DNA from: Chrysemys picta bellii
Taxonomy: Eukaryota
Assembly (NCBI RefSeq): GCF_011386835.1
Contig: NC_088799.1
Coordinates: 101,060,001-101,124,000, forward strand
Reading direction: 5' to 3'
DNA length: 64,000 bases
In this document: positions 38,351 through 49,265 of the stretch, piece after piece
Position numbering within the stretch: position 1 is the first letter of the stretch
Layout: every line of letters starts with the position of its first letter
Notes under the pieces: model-generated
The model's input: the letters and a program-made list of their open reading frames with translations, nothing else
Told to the model about the DNA's origin: nothing
The model's database searches: none
Made by a program: the position numbers and the translations under genes

Positions 38351-39450
38351 TGTGACAGGTTACCCCCAGCGTGCCACTTGGAACTGGGATACCACTGAGC
38401 CTGCCTGTCCCACCAGCCTGGGTTCCCCTTAGTCTGCTGCTGTGACAGGCTCTCAAGCCCCCTTCCAGCACCGCACAGACATAGAGACACACCCAGCTGC
38501 AGCTACGTTCACACAGATGCTGAGATCAACTCTTCATGAGAGAGCTCAGCTAGGGAATTGCCTAGCGTTCAAGTGCACTCCCCCTCTGGAGCATAAACCC
38601 CAAATTATATTTTCTTGCGCTGCACAGAGAACTGACAGCACAAGCTCATTGACATTCACCCCCTCCCTTGATGTGGAGAGAGAGATGCACAGCTTTCTGC
38701 CCCCCATCCCCAGCTATGAATTACACAAACTGGGTTTAAAACAAAAACAAGTTTATTAAGTACAAGAGATGGATTTTAAGTGATTATAAGGGATAGCCAG
38801 CAGATCAAAGCAGATTACCGTAGTAAATAAATAAAAACCGCAAACTGAGCTTAACACACTAGATAGGTAGGATACAAATTAACAAATTCTCACCCTGAGT
38901 AATAAACAGTCTGGCAGATTCTTAAGGCACAAGATGCCTTGGCTTTCCCAGCTTTTCACACACAGACTAAAGACCCTTCTTTGTTCAGTCTTTGTTCCTC
39001 AGGTTTCCAGGTGAGTGAGGTCTCCCCATAATGTCATTTCCCCCCTTTTATATCTTCTCTCCACGTGCTGGAAAGCTCTTTTGCGGTGACCTGGGTCAAA
39101 CAGTTCCCATTGTGCAGTGCTATCTCTGAGAGGTTTCTATTGTACCCAGTTCCTGGGGTAACCCTGGTGCTTGTGTGCATTTTCGCAATAAGCCATTAAC
39201 ATTGTTTGGCCTTTTTACTGTCATACCTGAAATGCTGCTTGTGGGTGTTTTCAACCTCAGGACATGTTTCAGCAACACATACATAGCCAAACTTCATAAC
39301 TTCCCATACGACGATAGCACAGACAATCCAACAAGATATTACTGTCTAGCAGATCAAGACTTTTAGAATGACACCTCACAAGGCATACTTTGTATAAGGC
39401 ATATCCTAATGAAATGACAGTGGTGAATATTGGGGTGTCAGGGTGTCACA
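38351..39450 (-). mobile_element. Solo LTR (1100 bp), same family as 10467 and 32325
   Basis: tgtgacagg ... gggtgtcaca termini. Perfect 5-bp TSD CAAGC (38346-38350, 39451-39455). Shares 'tgtgacaggctctcaagcccc' with the 32325 copy. Minus-strand AATAAA and TATA-like 'gatataaaaaggg'. Confidence 0.9.
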
Positions 39451-40927
39451 CAAGCATTGCGTGGCCACTGCACACGGCGTGGTACTCCTGGGAACAAGAA
39501 GCAGTCTCAACAGGTGTCATGTTATGGAGGCCAATGGAGCATCTATGGACCAGTTGAGGCCCCTTTCTGTGAGGCTTGTTGGTGTTTAAGGCCCCCTGTC
39601 ACTCAGATACCCCGGCAACAGTGAGCTGAGGACGGCATGCCAGTAATGCTCCCAATTACTTCTCTTGCTTTTACCAGTGTACCTCGAAGCCTTCCATGTT
39701 TGTTTTGACGTAGCTTCTGATACTGAGGGTTATCAAGTGTCTCAAACTCTTCGCTAATGTTGGATGTTAATGTGTCGCTGGCTTCCCTGCTAGTTGGTCT
39801 CTTAGTTGCAGGGAATCAAGGCTAAGGGGTGTTTCAGACAGAGGAGAGGAGGAATAGAGAGAATGCTGCTGGCTAAGAACATGAGAGTGAAAGAAAGTCC
39901 AATCAATGCCCTTTCCCATCTAGCTGACACATTCAGTCACTGCCCAGGGGTGACCAGAGCCCCTTGGCTCAGAGAGTTGTACATGCATGCAGCGTCAGAT
40001 CAGATGCCTAGGTTTTTGTCTCCCACAAAGGTGATCGTCCAGTAGAATTCTTTCCCTATAACATTTAAACACTCTCAGTTTCCAGTTGATCTGATGTGTC
40101 TAATGTGAGCTATGTAAATTTCCCCCATGAATGATAGGATTTTGACAGTCTGATTTACCTTCCAGGCATACTCAAATCAGCTCATTTTCTCTTCCCTGGA
40201 AATTTTCAGTGTTTGGGTGGCATTTGATTATTATTGGCTGACATATTTGAGCTCCGGGGTTGAGCGTAAAGATATTTTAAATTTAATAGGTTTAAGATGT
40301 CATTATTTCCATGCTGATGAATTTATACTTGTAACCAGAGAAACTTACAGCATTTAATGAACTTATTTAGATATCATGGTGCAAGCTTTAAGCCCAATCT
40401 TGAGTATGAAATTAAATCCTGTTGGATAAAAACTAACACCCAGAAGCAAAAACTGAACTGGGAAAAAGAATGAATTTCCAAAGACCGCATAAATACAGAT
40501 ATAAGGCACCTAGGGGACATATTTACTAAGAGTTTTTGCACTGTTTTCAATGGAGCTTGTAATAGCGTAAAAGTATTAAATCTGATTTACTAGAAAAGAT
40601 TTGTGCAGTACTCCATCACCTGCCTTCCCAGCTTGGCAAAGCCCCTCCCGCACCACTTCCAACCCCGAAACAATAATTCAGGGCACAGTTGAATATGTGG
40701 CTGAGAAGGCTGCAGCTTTACTGAAGAGTTTACAAGCAACCAAGCAATAAAATAAAACAACCATGCAGCCATCCAAAAGGATTAACAACATGAAAATCAA
40801 TTATCATTCTAAACAGGTCAATATAGTGCAGTCCATCAGCCTTGGATGGAAGGAGACAGGTGCTGCACACCCATTCCAATGAAATGTTCCTTCTCTGCCC
40901 CTCCACATTTTATGCGGAGGATGAGGG

Positions 40928-41660
40928 TGTTGTCAGTAGCTACCGGTGTGGTGCTCTGCTCTTGTTCGATGATAACAGTCGGCTGCGTGCGTGTTCCTTC
41001 TGTGTGCTGCACCAGCTCTGCGTAGATCGCTGACACAGCAAACCCCGAGAGAACCCCCCAAAGACCACAGACTCTAGTAAGGTACGAAGGAACCTGAGCC
41101 AGGTTTATTGACAAATGAAGCACAAGTAATAGTTTCCCGTAGACGCTATAAGACACACTACGAATTTGTGCCCCCTGGCAATGGACCGGCTGAGTCAGTG
41201 GCGGGACTTTCCACTGCTCCCTAGTCCAGACAAAGATGTGCACTCCGGGACCTACTTTTATACAGTTACAGGACAGATTACCCATCCCTACTGACGTATT
41301 GAAGTACAGCCCCTTGGCTCATTAGGGTGCTGTCTCCTCCTTTGACCATGTTGTTTCAACCAGATCTATCCATCATGCTGTCCTTTTGATCCTGTCTTTA
41401 ATATGCACCTGCCTGTTCCTTGTTATCTCTGTGGAGTGTTCTGATGCCATCTTGGCACAAGTTCCTCTTATTAGCACTTATGTGTGGATGCACCTGCTTC
41501 TAGCAACCCTCTTCTCGCCAGCTTCTGTGAGTGGGGCCTGCCTCTGGCTCACAGCCCAGCTTTTGCTTAGCAATGCCTGGAAGTACTTTGGTTCAGGCTT
41601 CAGGCCTCAGACTGGGCCTTTGATACAAGAATTTATGTTTCAGGGCCTCATCTTACTACA
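40928..41660 (-). mobile_element. Solo LTR (733 bp), a different family
   Basis: tgttgtcag ... cttactaca termini. Perfect 5-bp TSD GAGGG (40923-40927, 41661-41665). AATAAA on the minus strand at 41109-41104. Confidence 0.85.
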
Positions 41661-41817
41661 GAGGGGTTTTCATTTGCCACTGTTACAAGCTCCATTGAAA
41701 ACAGTGCAAAAGTACCATAGTCTTAATACCTCAGCCCGGTTTGTATTGTGCCAGCACTCTTCTGAATATATGAAAACACCCCAAAATACGCATAGTGATT
41801 TACGCTAACCTACTGGC

Positions 41818-42020
41818 GTTATTATTTATTTCTATTGCAGTAGTGCCCAGGGTCCCCTCGACAGTGTACAGAGATATACCCAGAGGCAGCCTCTGCTCCC
41901 AAGAGCTTACAGTCAGAATAGAAACGACAAAAACTCTTAGCACAATTGTTCAAATGAGGCACCAAGAGATTGTGACTTGCCAAAGGTGTGACAGAGCTGG
42001 GCACCAAGTCCCAGTCCAGG
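41818..42020 (-). mobile_element. MIR/L2-tail SINE relic
   Basis: 'ttattatttatttctattgcagtagtgcccagg...ctctgctcccaagagcttaca...tgaggcaccaagagattgtgacttgccaaagg'. Confidence 0.6.
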
Positions 42021-42953
42021 GCCTTAACCACAAGACTATCAATAGTTTTGCCAATTAACACTCTGATAAGAAAAGTTCAGAAATAAAGGGCAGTTCTCTG
42101 CTGTATCTCCCAGTAACATGCTGCCCGTTAGCAGGAGTCAAAACATTTCCAACAGAACAGTTTTCCATCGAAAAGTGCAGATTCGATGACACTGCCGTGT
42201 TCCATCAATTCTGTAGAAATTTTCGCCAGAAACCAGGCTGGCCAGATGTCTGGCTGACCTGCCTGCCTGTTCTCCAATTGGCTGGCTTCCTGGCAGCATG
42301 GTCAGCTGACCGGCTCACCGTGGCCTGACTCCCCCGCCAGCTTGCCAGTTGTGGTTTTTTTTTTAATTTTAGACATTTGTATATTTCATTTCAGATTTTT
42401 TGTTTTTATGTTGTTTATATTGCTTTTTTCTTTTTTATATTCTGCCAATTGCAGTAGGAGCCACTTACCAATTCGAATACCAATTACCAATCACCAATAA
42501 TTATATTATGTTTATCACTAAAAAGTATTAAATGTTAATTTGAATATAATCAAAAATTAAAACCGTAAACATAAAATAAGAGAAAACAATATAAAATAAG
42601 TTATATTTTGTATAAAATTTATAATGTAATATACTAAAAGTTGAAACATATTGACTTGTATATTATTTACTATAAATTGATTGAGAAAGTTGAAATGATA
42701 CTTGCTGATCTTACTGAAATGAAATTATTTTTACCTTATTGTTCAAAACCAAATTTCATTTACATTTTCCAATACAAAATTTCAGAATGTCATTCATTGG
42801 GAAATCTCTTTTGTTCCCAGTTGGGCATGTTCTTGCAGATAGGAGGGCTAAGACCCTGGGATATCTTTCCATTAAATGAAAATGTTTGCTCCTAATCCAG
42901 GGAAGAGGCAATGTGCGTCATGTAGAGGGGATGAACTTCATCAGAGGTGGCAG

Positions 42954-43716
42954 TAGGGTTGCCAAGCGTCCAGTTTTCAACTGGAACATCTAGTTGAAAA
43001 GGGATCCTGGCGGCTCTGGTCAGCACTGGGGGCTCTGCCTGTTACCCCCACCCCGAATGCCAGCTCCGCGGCTCCCATTGGCCGGAAACCACGGCCAATG
43101 AGAGCTGTGGGGGCGGCACCTGCAGATGGGGGCAGTGCACAGAGCCGCCTCGCCATGCCTCGGCCTAGGAGCCGGACATGCTGGCAGCTTCCAGGAGTTG
43201 CCTGAGTTATGCGCCACCCAGAGCCCACACCCTGAACCTCCTCCTGCACCCCAACCCCCTGCCCTAGCCCTGTCACACTCCCAAACTCCCTCCCAGAGCT
43301 TGCACCCCTTCCCTCACTCTGAACCCCTCAGCTCCAGCCCCATACCAGAGCTCTCCCACCCCCAGCCAGAGCCCTCCCCCAAAACACCTCTGCCCCAGCC
43401 TGGAGCCCCCCTGCACCGCTCATTTCTGGCTCCACCCCAGAGCCCACACCCCCAGCCCAGAGCCCATACCCCCTCCTCCACTCTATCCCCCTGACCCAGC
43501 CTGGAGCCCCCTCCCACACTCCAAACCCCTCATTTCTGGCCCCACCCCGGAGCCCTCACCTCCTCCCAACCCCCTTTGCACCCCGGTGAAAATGAGCGAG
43601 GAGGGGGGAGAGTGAGCGATGGAGGGAGACGGGATGTAATGAGTGGGGGTGTGGCCTCGGAGAAGGGGCGGGGCACGGATATTTGGTTTTCTGCAATTGG
43701 AAAGTTGGTAATCCTG
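42954..43716. mobile_element. Non-autonomous hAT element (763 bp) with a C-rich internal tandem repeat
   Basis: TIRs tagggttgcca / tggtaatcctg. 8-bp TSD GGTGGCAG/GGCGGCAG (42946-42953, 43717-43724). Degenerate 'ccagagccc..caccc..aacccc' repeats at about 43216-43580. Confidence 0.85.
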
Positions 43717-46671
43717 GGCGGCAGGGAAATCTTCCTGATTTGTTAACCAAGAATTCTCCCCAAGTACACCACTGGTCACTCTGTCAATGCAGCTCACGTG
43801 ACCCACTCACTCAAGAAGAAATTGAAATAAGTAGCTAGGCCTGTGACCCACTAGGCGCAGAGTTCAGGCCTAGCTGCAGTCTGAGATCACTGACACCTAA
43901 ACGGTCGGCGGAATCTGCATCTGGACTGCTGTAGTTAGTGAGGTCAGTAATGCGGGAGACCCCTGAAAACCCTGAACTTGGGTCTCGGCAGATAAGTAAA
44001 GGAGGCATTTATGTCATTACAACTATTTTTTACTTGAAATGTATTATTAAAGTTTCCTTGATTTAAAAAGCACAGGTTTGTCACTGCTAGCCACTTCTTA
44101 CATCTATGTGCTCTCTGCTGTTAGCTAAACTTCGTCACGAGCGTCCTTGCCTTGCCGTCTCAGTACCAAGCTGTAATATTTTGGCCAATTACAATTATTT
44201 CCATCTCTAGCATAGGTGTAGATATAGACAGTACTTCCCTTAGTAGTGTCTCCAACTTTGCAACCTGTTGGGTGATACAATAATGAGAGTATGTGCAGGT
44301 GTTTGGACTATTACACTAATCTACTAATCAAAGTGCCGTTTATCAGGGGAAGAATTGAAGGGAGATGGTTTTGATAGCATGTGTGTTAAAAAGCACCCAA
44401 ACCCCAACATGCATCAGACACAAATCCTTCGTAGATTGCTGGCAATTCCCAACACCTTTTTTCTACTGCAGTTACTTTAGACTTCCTGGAGCAATTATTT
44501 TCAATAACGTTGCAGTTCGACAGATAACTTTAGCACAGGGAGCAGCAACACCACGGGCATCCATTAGCAATTAAAATTAGATAAATAATTAGCCTGTGAA
44601 CCTAGCCCTTGGATCATGGCTGCCTCTGGCAGGAAGCTTCTGAAAGGATTGTGTATCTGCTTCTCAGTGCAGGGTGGTTCAGCATGTAGGTTGTCAGGCA
44701 AAGGTGCACTGAGGTCCATGAGGATGTAAGGAACCCGAGAGGAAATGTCAGTACTAAAAAGGAACACTGTGGGATATTTAGTTTTATTTATTATGCCTTC
44801 AGCTTCTTCCCTCCCCTGCCCTCCACCCCCGCCTCCGAGACATTGGAAGGCAGATGAACATGTTGGCATTATCTAATTTCCTCATTTTCTTGTCCACTTG
44901 CTGGCTTTAAAAATGATTGCCCCATCGTTTGATGAAATGATGATGAGGGAAGGAAACTAATACCATTGTAAATCTCGAAAATGGATGGAGAAACACAATA
45001 GTCAAATAGGAGTAAATACCGCCGAGGAGAGAGTTATTCTAGTTTTTCCTTCAATAAACCAATGCGGCAGGACTGGAATTATTCAGAAAATCACATTTAG
45101 CAAAGAAGTGAGGGAAATGGGTAAAATCTTTAAAACTGTATTGTAAGGGTAAGTGCTGCCAGGAAATCAGAGCTGGGAACGTTGCTAAGTTAGGGACTCA
45201 TGCATGGCGGCCATTAAACCAAAACAGGCTCTTTCCAGTTTTAACAAACCACGGTCCGCCATATTGCACTTGGGCAAATTCAGTTGTTCTCCCAGGAGCT
45301 CCTGCCGAAAGCGTCCCTGCTCACAGGTTCTCCTCCAGCTCTCAGAAAGAGGCAGGCAAATGTCCTGCTATTCATAAGCCATGTTAGGAATGCAAGCCTT
45401 CTTTTCAGCTGATTTTAATAGGACCTCCTGTTATAATAAACAATATTAATAATTCATTCCTAACGGGACTCTGAGAAACAGAGCAGTGCTAGTAATGTGC
45501 CCCTTAGCAATGACCGTATATCTCCCGTCATGCTCACCGCTGCCCCAATTAGCACAGAAACAATCACAGGCCATACAAACCAGGAGACGGGCCGGTGCGT
45601 GTCAGACAATATAGCAAAGGGGTGAGAGAGGGACAAATCGTGTTTGCTGAGAGGGGTGAGGTGGGACAAATGTGTCCCCATTCTGTGTTCTCAAGGGGGG
45701 AGGGAAGGGACTACAGCCCATCCCCACAGCCCGTCCCCATTACGCTCTCCGTCAGCATTTCTGGTGTTCACGTGGATGGGAACCTGGCAGTGGGATCAAG
45801 TTGAAGTGGGGAGGACGTGAGGCTGTTTGTGACCCCACCTACCTTCTGTGGGGCACCAGTCACCACTGCTTTCCAGATACAAATGGAGCCATGAGAGTTT
45901 CTCTAGAATCAAATCTTATACCGAGCTATCAATCAGGAGCCTACGCAGCACTGCGGGATGAGGTCCTATAGCTAAGCCCAGCACGTCAGATGTCTTGGGA
46001 TTTAAATTCCAAGCCAGCTCAACTAGCTGCAATCCCCTGTTCACCGGGGAGGCTGTTCTATTGTGATAGCTCTCCGGGAAGTACTGCACAAGGTCCTACT
46101 TCTAAGAGTGAGGTCGCCGCATCTGGCTCCTTGCGTAAGCCCAGGCAGTGATTTCAATCCTCAGGGCAGCGATAGTGCTATGAACCGCTCCAGTTGTAGG
46201 TCAGCCAGTTGAACTATCCAACCGGTGTCCCAGCCTCCACAAACACACCCATGCTCTGAGTCTGAAAGTGCTTTCTCTAGGCCAACTTTCCTCTCCAGTG
46301 TTCACAGCCTAAGCCTGCAGAACTGACTGATCGCGTTAGGTTTGTTTTTCAAGGTCACCATCTTTCATGACGTTGGGGGCCTTTCCTGTGACAAAATGGC
46401 ACAGCAGCTGACGGTATTGATTTCCCCCCAACAGTTCCTACTGTCCTGTCTTTGCTGTCCATTCTCAGCACTATTGTAAGCCAGAGAGTGTCGGGAAATG
46501 ATTATCCTGACTACAGTTCTTCCATGACCTTGCGGTACTAGTCATGTTGGCCACGTGTTTGTGGGAATGCCACTGTCACATCTCTCATTGAAAAATATGG
46601 GTGGCAGGAATAGGATTGTATCATTTCTCATTTTACCCCTAGCTAAAGAGCTGCTCTGTCAGACTGCCAAG

Positions 46672-46785
46672 TAGGGTGACAAGACAGCAAGTGTGAAAAA
46701 TCGGGATGGGGGTGCAGAGCCTATATAAGAAAAAGACCCCAAAATCAGGACTGTCCCTATAAAATCGGGACATCTGGTCACCCTA
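46672..46785. mobile_element. hAT (Blackjack-like TAGGGTGACC TIR) MITE, 114 bp
   Basis: TIRs tagggtgacaaga / tctggtcacccta. Perfect 8-bp TSD CTGCCAAG (46664-46671, 46786-46793). Confidence 0.9.
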
Positions 46786-49164
46786 CTGCCAAGTGAGCCA
46801 AGATACTGTTGGCAATGCTTTCTCCCTCTTAGTGGGGAGACCTTTTACTTCTTTGTTGCTGAAATTGTGTTGATTGTTTTTCTGGTGCTGGACTAGCGCC
46901 TCATTTAGCCATTTGCAGAAGGACTAGACATTTCATATTGTCAGCAGTGAACACACTCAGTGACATTGGCGAGGGCTTCACAGCTTGCTGCCCCAGCAAA
47001 GTTGGTGCATACAAATTTCACCAGCAACGAATGGTCTATAGAAGAAATATCCACCTTGTAGCTATCACCCTCACGTTAGTGGCACAGTGTAAACATTTTT
47101 TCAGCAGGTGAAAGATTCAGTGAAGCTGCCTTATTCTTTTCCATTGTCAGGGCCAATTTCTTCTTTCAGTTACACAAACAACTTCCAACAACTGCTGCAA
47201 TCACAATTCACAAAGCACAGTTTGACCTATTTTGAATTTTAATTTCCTGCCCTTTTACGTGGTGTTGCTCAAGTGAGATTAGAGAGAGTTGCAGTAGCAA
47301 ATGCTGGAACAAAGCAACTGCAATCATTAACAGATATCGTGTGACTGTTCAGCCATTCAGTCTATACTATTCCAACATAGTGGTTGTGATTTTCCAATGC
47401 TGTCTAGGGGATTTAGACACATAGTTCCATTCATTTCAGTGAAGGAGTGTCCAAATTCTCTAAGCAGCTTTGAAAACTCAACCATTGTCTCTTGCCTTTT
47501 CTTTGGAATAAAGCTAAGGTTACTAACTAGTTAAGACAGAAATCTAATCTGAAAGGTCTAAAACCCGCATTTCAATCTGCCATTGATCTTTACATTATTG
47601 GTACAATGTCCTTTAAGCATTTCCAGCTGAATATTTAAAAAGTAAACTAGATATTTTTATTTACATTCAGCATGGAGAAATTCAGCCTGTTTGTAATTTC
47701 CAGTGCTTTACAATGTTGTCATAGTTATCTGTGTTGTAATCAATCACTGTATCTGGAAGCAAGCGGGAGGAAAAGTTACTTCTCCACGATAGCCAAACCC
47801 CAGGACATACTCACCTACTCTGTTAATGGGGATGAACTGGGCCTCAAAGAAGCAAATGATAAGCAAATGAGAGGGACCCCACAGTATTCTTACACTGCAA
47901 CATTTCCTAAGCAAAGGAAAGTACCACGAGTAGGGACCAGGTTACTTCGATGATACATGGGTAAACTGGTGCTAGCAACAGGTGAATGGCTTTCTTTCTA
48001 TCCAAATATTTGGAAGCTTGTAATTGTGCTACTTTTTTAAATCTCCGAGCTGGTGGTTAGCCCCTCCTTGAGCATGCTTATATTTCTGCCAAACCACTTG
48101 GTGCATCTCTTAAGAAAAAATTGCTTGTCAAGTAGCAGTAGTAATTTCTGTTCTGTCTGTGCGTACAGGACCATAACAAATGACTCGCATGAAGTAATTA
48201 CACTCTATTTTGACTTATCTCACATTGATTATTCAGATGCAAGAAGAATAGCTCTCTCCTGAATAAAAGAAAAATATCTAAAGACCCAAATATTGGATCA
48301 TTGCCATTTTTTATTCCTGTCTTTCTTTCTACTTTGCAGGTTGAGTTTACAGCTATAGTGTATTGCAGATATGAAACATTTATAAACAAAACCTCCCTGT
48401 CTGCATGCTTTTAGTTTATGTTTGTTTAAAGGACAATTTTGTGTCATCTCTTTGTATTTTAATAGTTGAAATAAATTTTGCATAATAATTCAACTCCACT
48501 CTGCTGCCTTTAATGACTCTCTGCATTTTTCTGATGGATGTGTGTATTTGTTTCCTGTGATTTACATGACCTGACATCTCATATAATGAGCTTCCTGGCA
48601 GAAACGCCATTCGTGATATTCTATGCAGCGCTAATCTATCATTTGATGACCTTACGAGTGCTGGGGTCATGGATTCAATCAGTAAAATGTTTCAGGGTGT
48701 AATTAATTACATTTCCCCCCCCCCACTGCTCTACAACTGTTCTCTTAAAACTTGATGAAAGCAATATTTTTTCATAACACTTCTTCAATAAATACAGCAT
48801 TTGTTTATATAATCAATCATGCTAAGTTCGGGAGTTTTTAGTATTCATGAGTTTTTCTTCCTTGAAACTTCCAAATGTTTATTTTCTAGAATAATTTAAT
48901 AGTATAATTAGTTGAGCAACTAACTACAATACTTTTTAAAGCACAGTCAGGTTATGATTTAGTAATACAGTGGCACCTACATTTTCACCATCTTCGATAA
49001 CAATGCAACAAACGTCACTAACTGATAAATAGCCCCTGATCTGTTGACTGTTGCTAGCTACATTTCACTTTTAAAGCAATATCCAAAATCAGGTGCGGTG
49101 CCAACCTTCCACAAGGTTGAAGTGCAACCACCACCCCCTCCTCTCCCCCCCCGCAACATGGGCT

Positions 49165-49265
49165 CCTGTGGGCACATCTCACCTGTCCTGCACTCACTCC
49201 GCTGGCTTCCCATCAAATATACAATCACAGTCTAGGTTTCAGACCTTAGGTTCAAGGCACTCACA
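49165..49265 (+). mobile_element. Ancient L2-clade LINE ORF2 C-terminal fragment
   Basis: Translates HISPVLHSLRWLPIKYTI, matching the L2-type HITPVL-xLHWLP-xxRI motif. Confidence 0.6.

Noticed and set aside
42340-42800. Very AT-rich stretch suggesting foreign or organellar DNA
   Set aside because: No mitochondrial gene or tRNA similarity is visible; it is more likely low-complexity interior of an old DNA element.
43126-43519. Pro-rich and Gly-rich ORFs
   Set aside because: They are translations of the C-rich tandem array inside a hAT element bounded by TIRs and a TSD.
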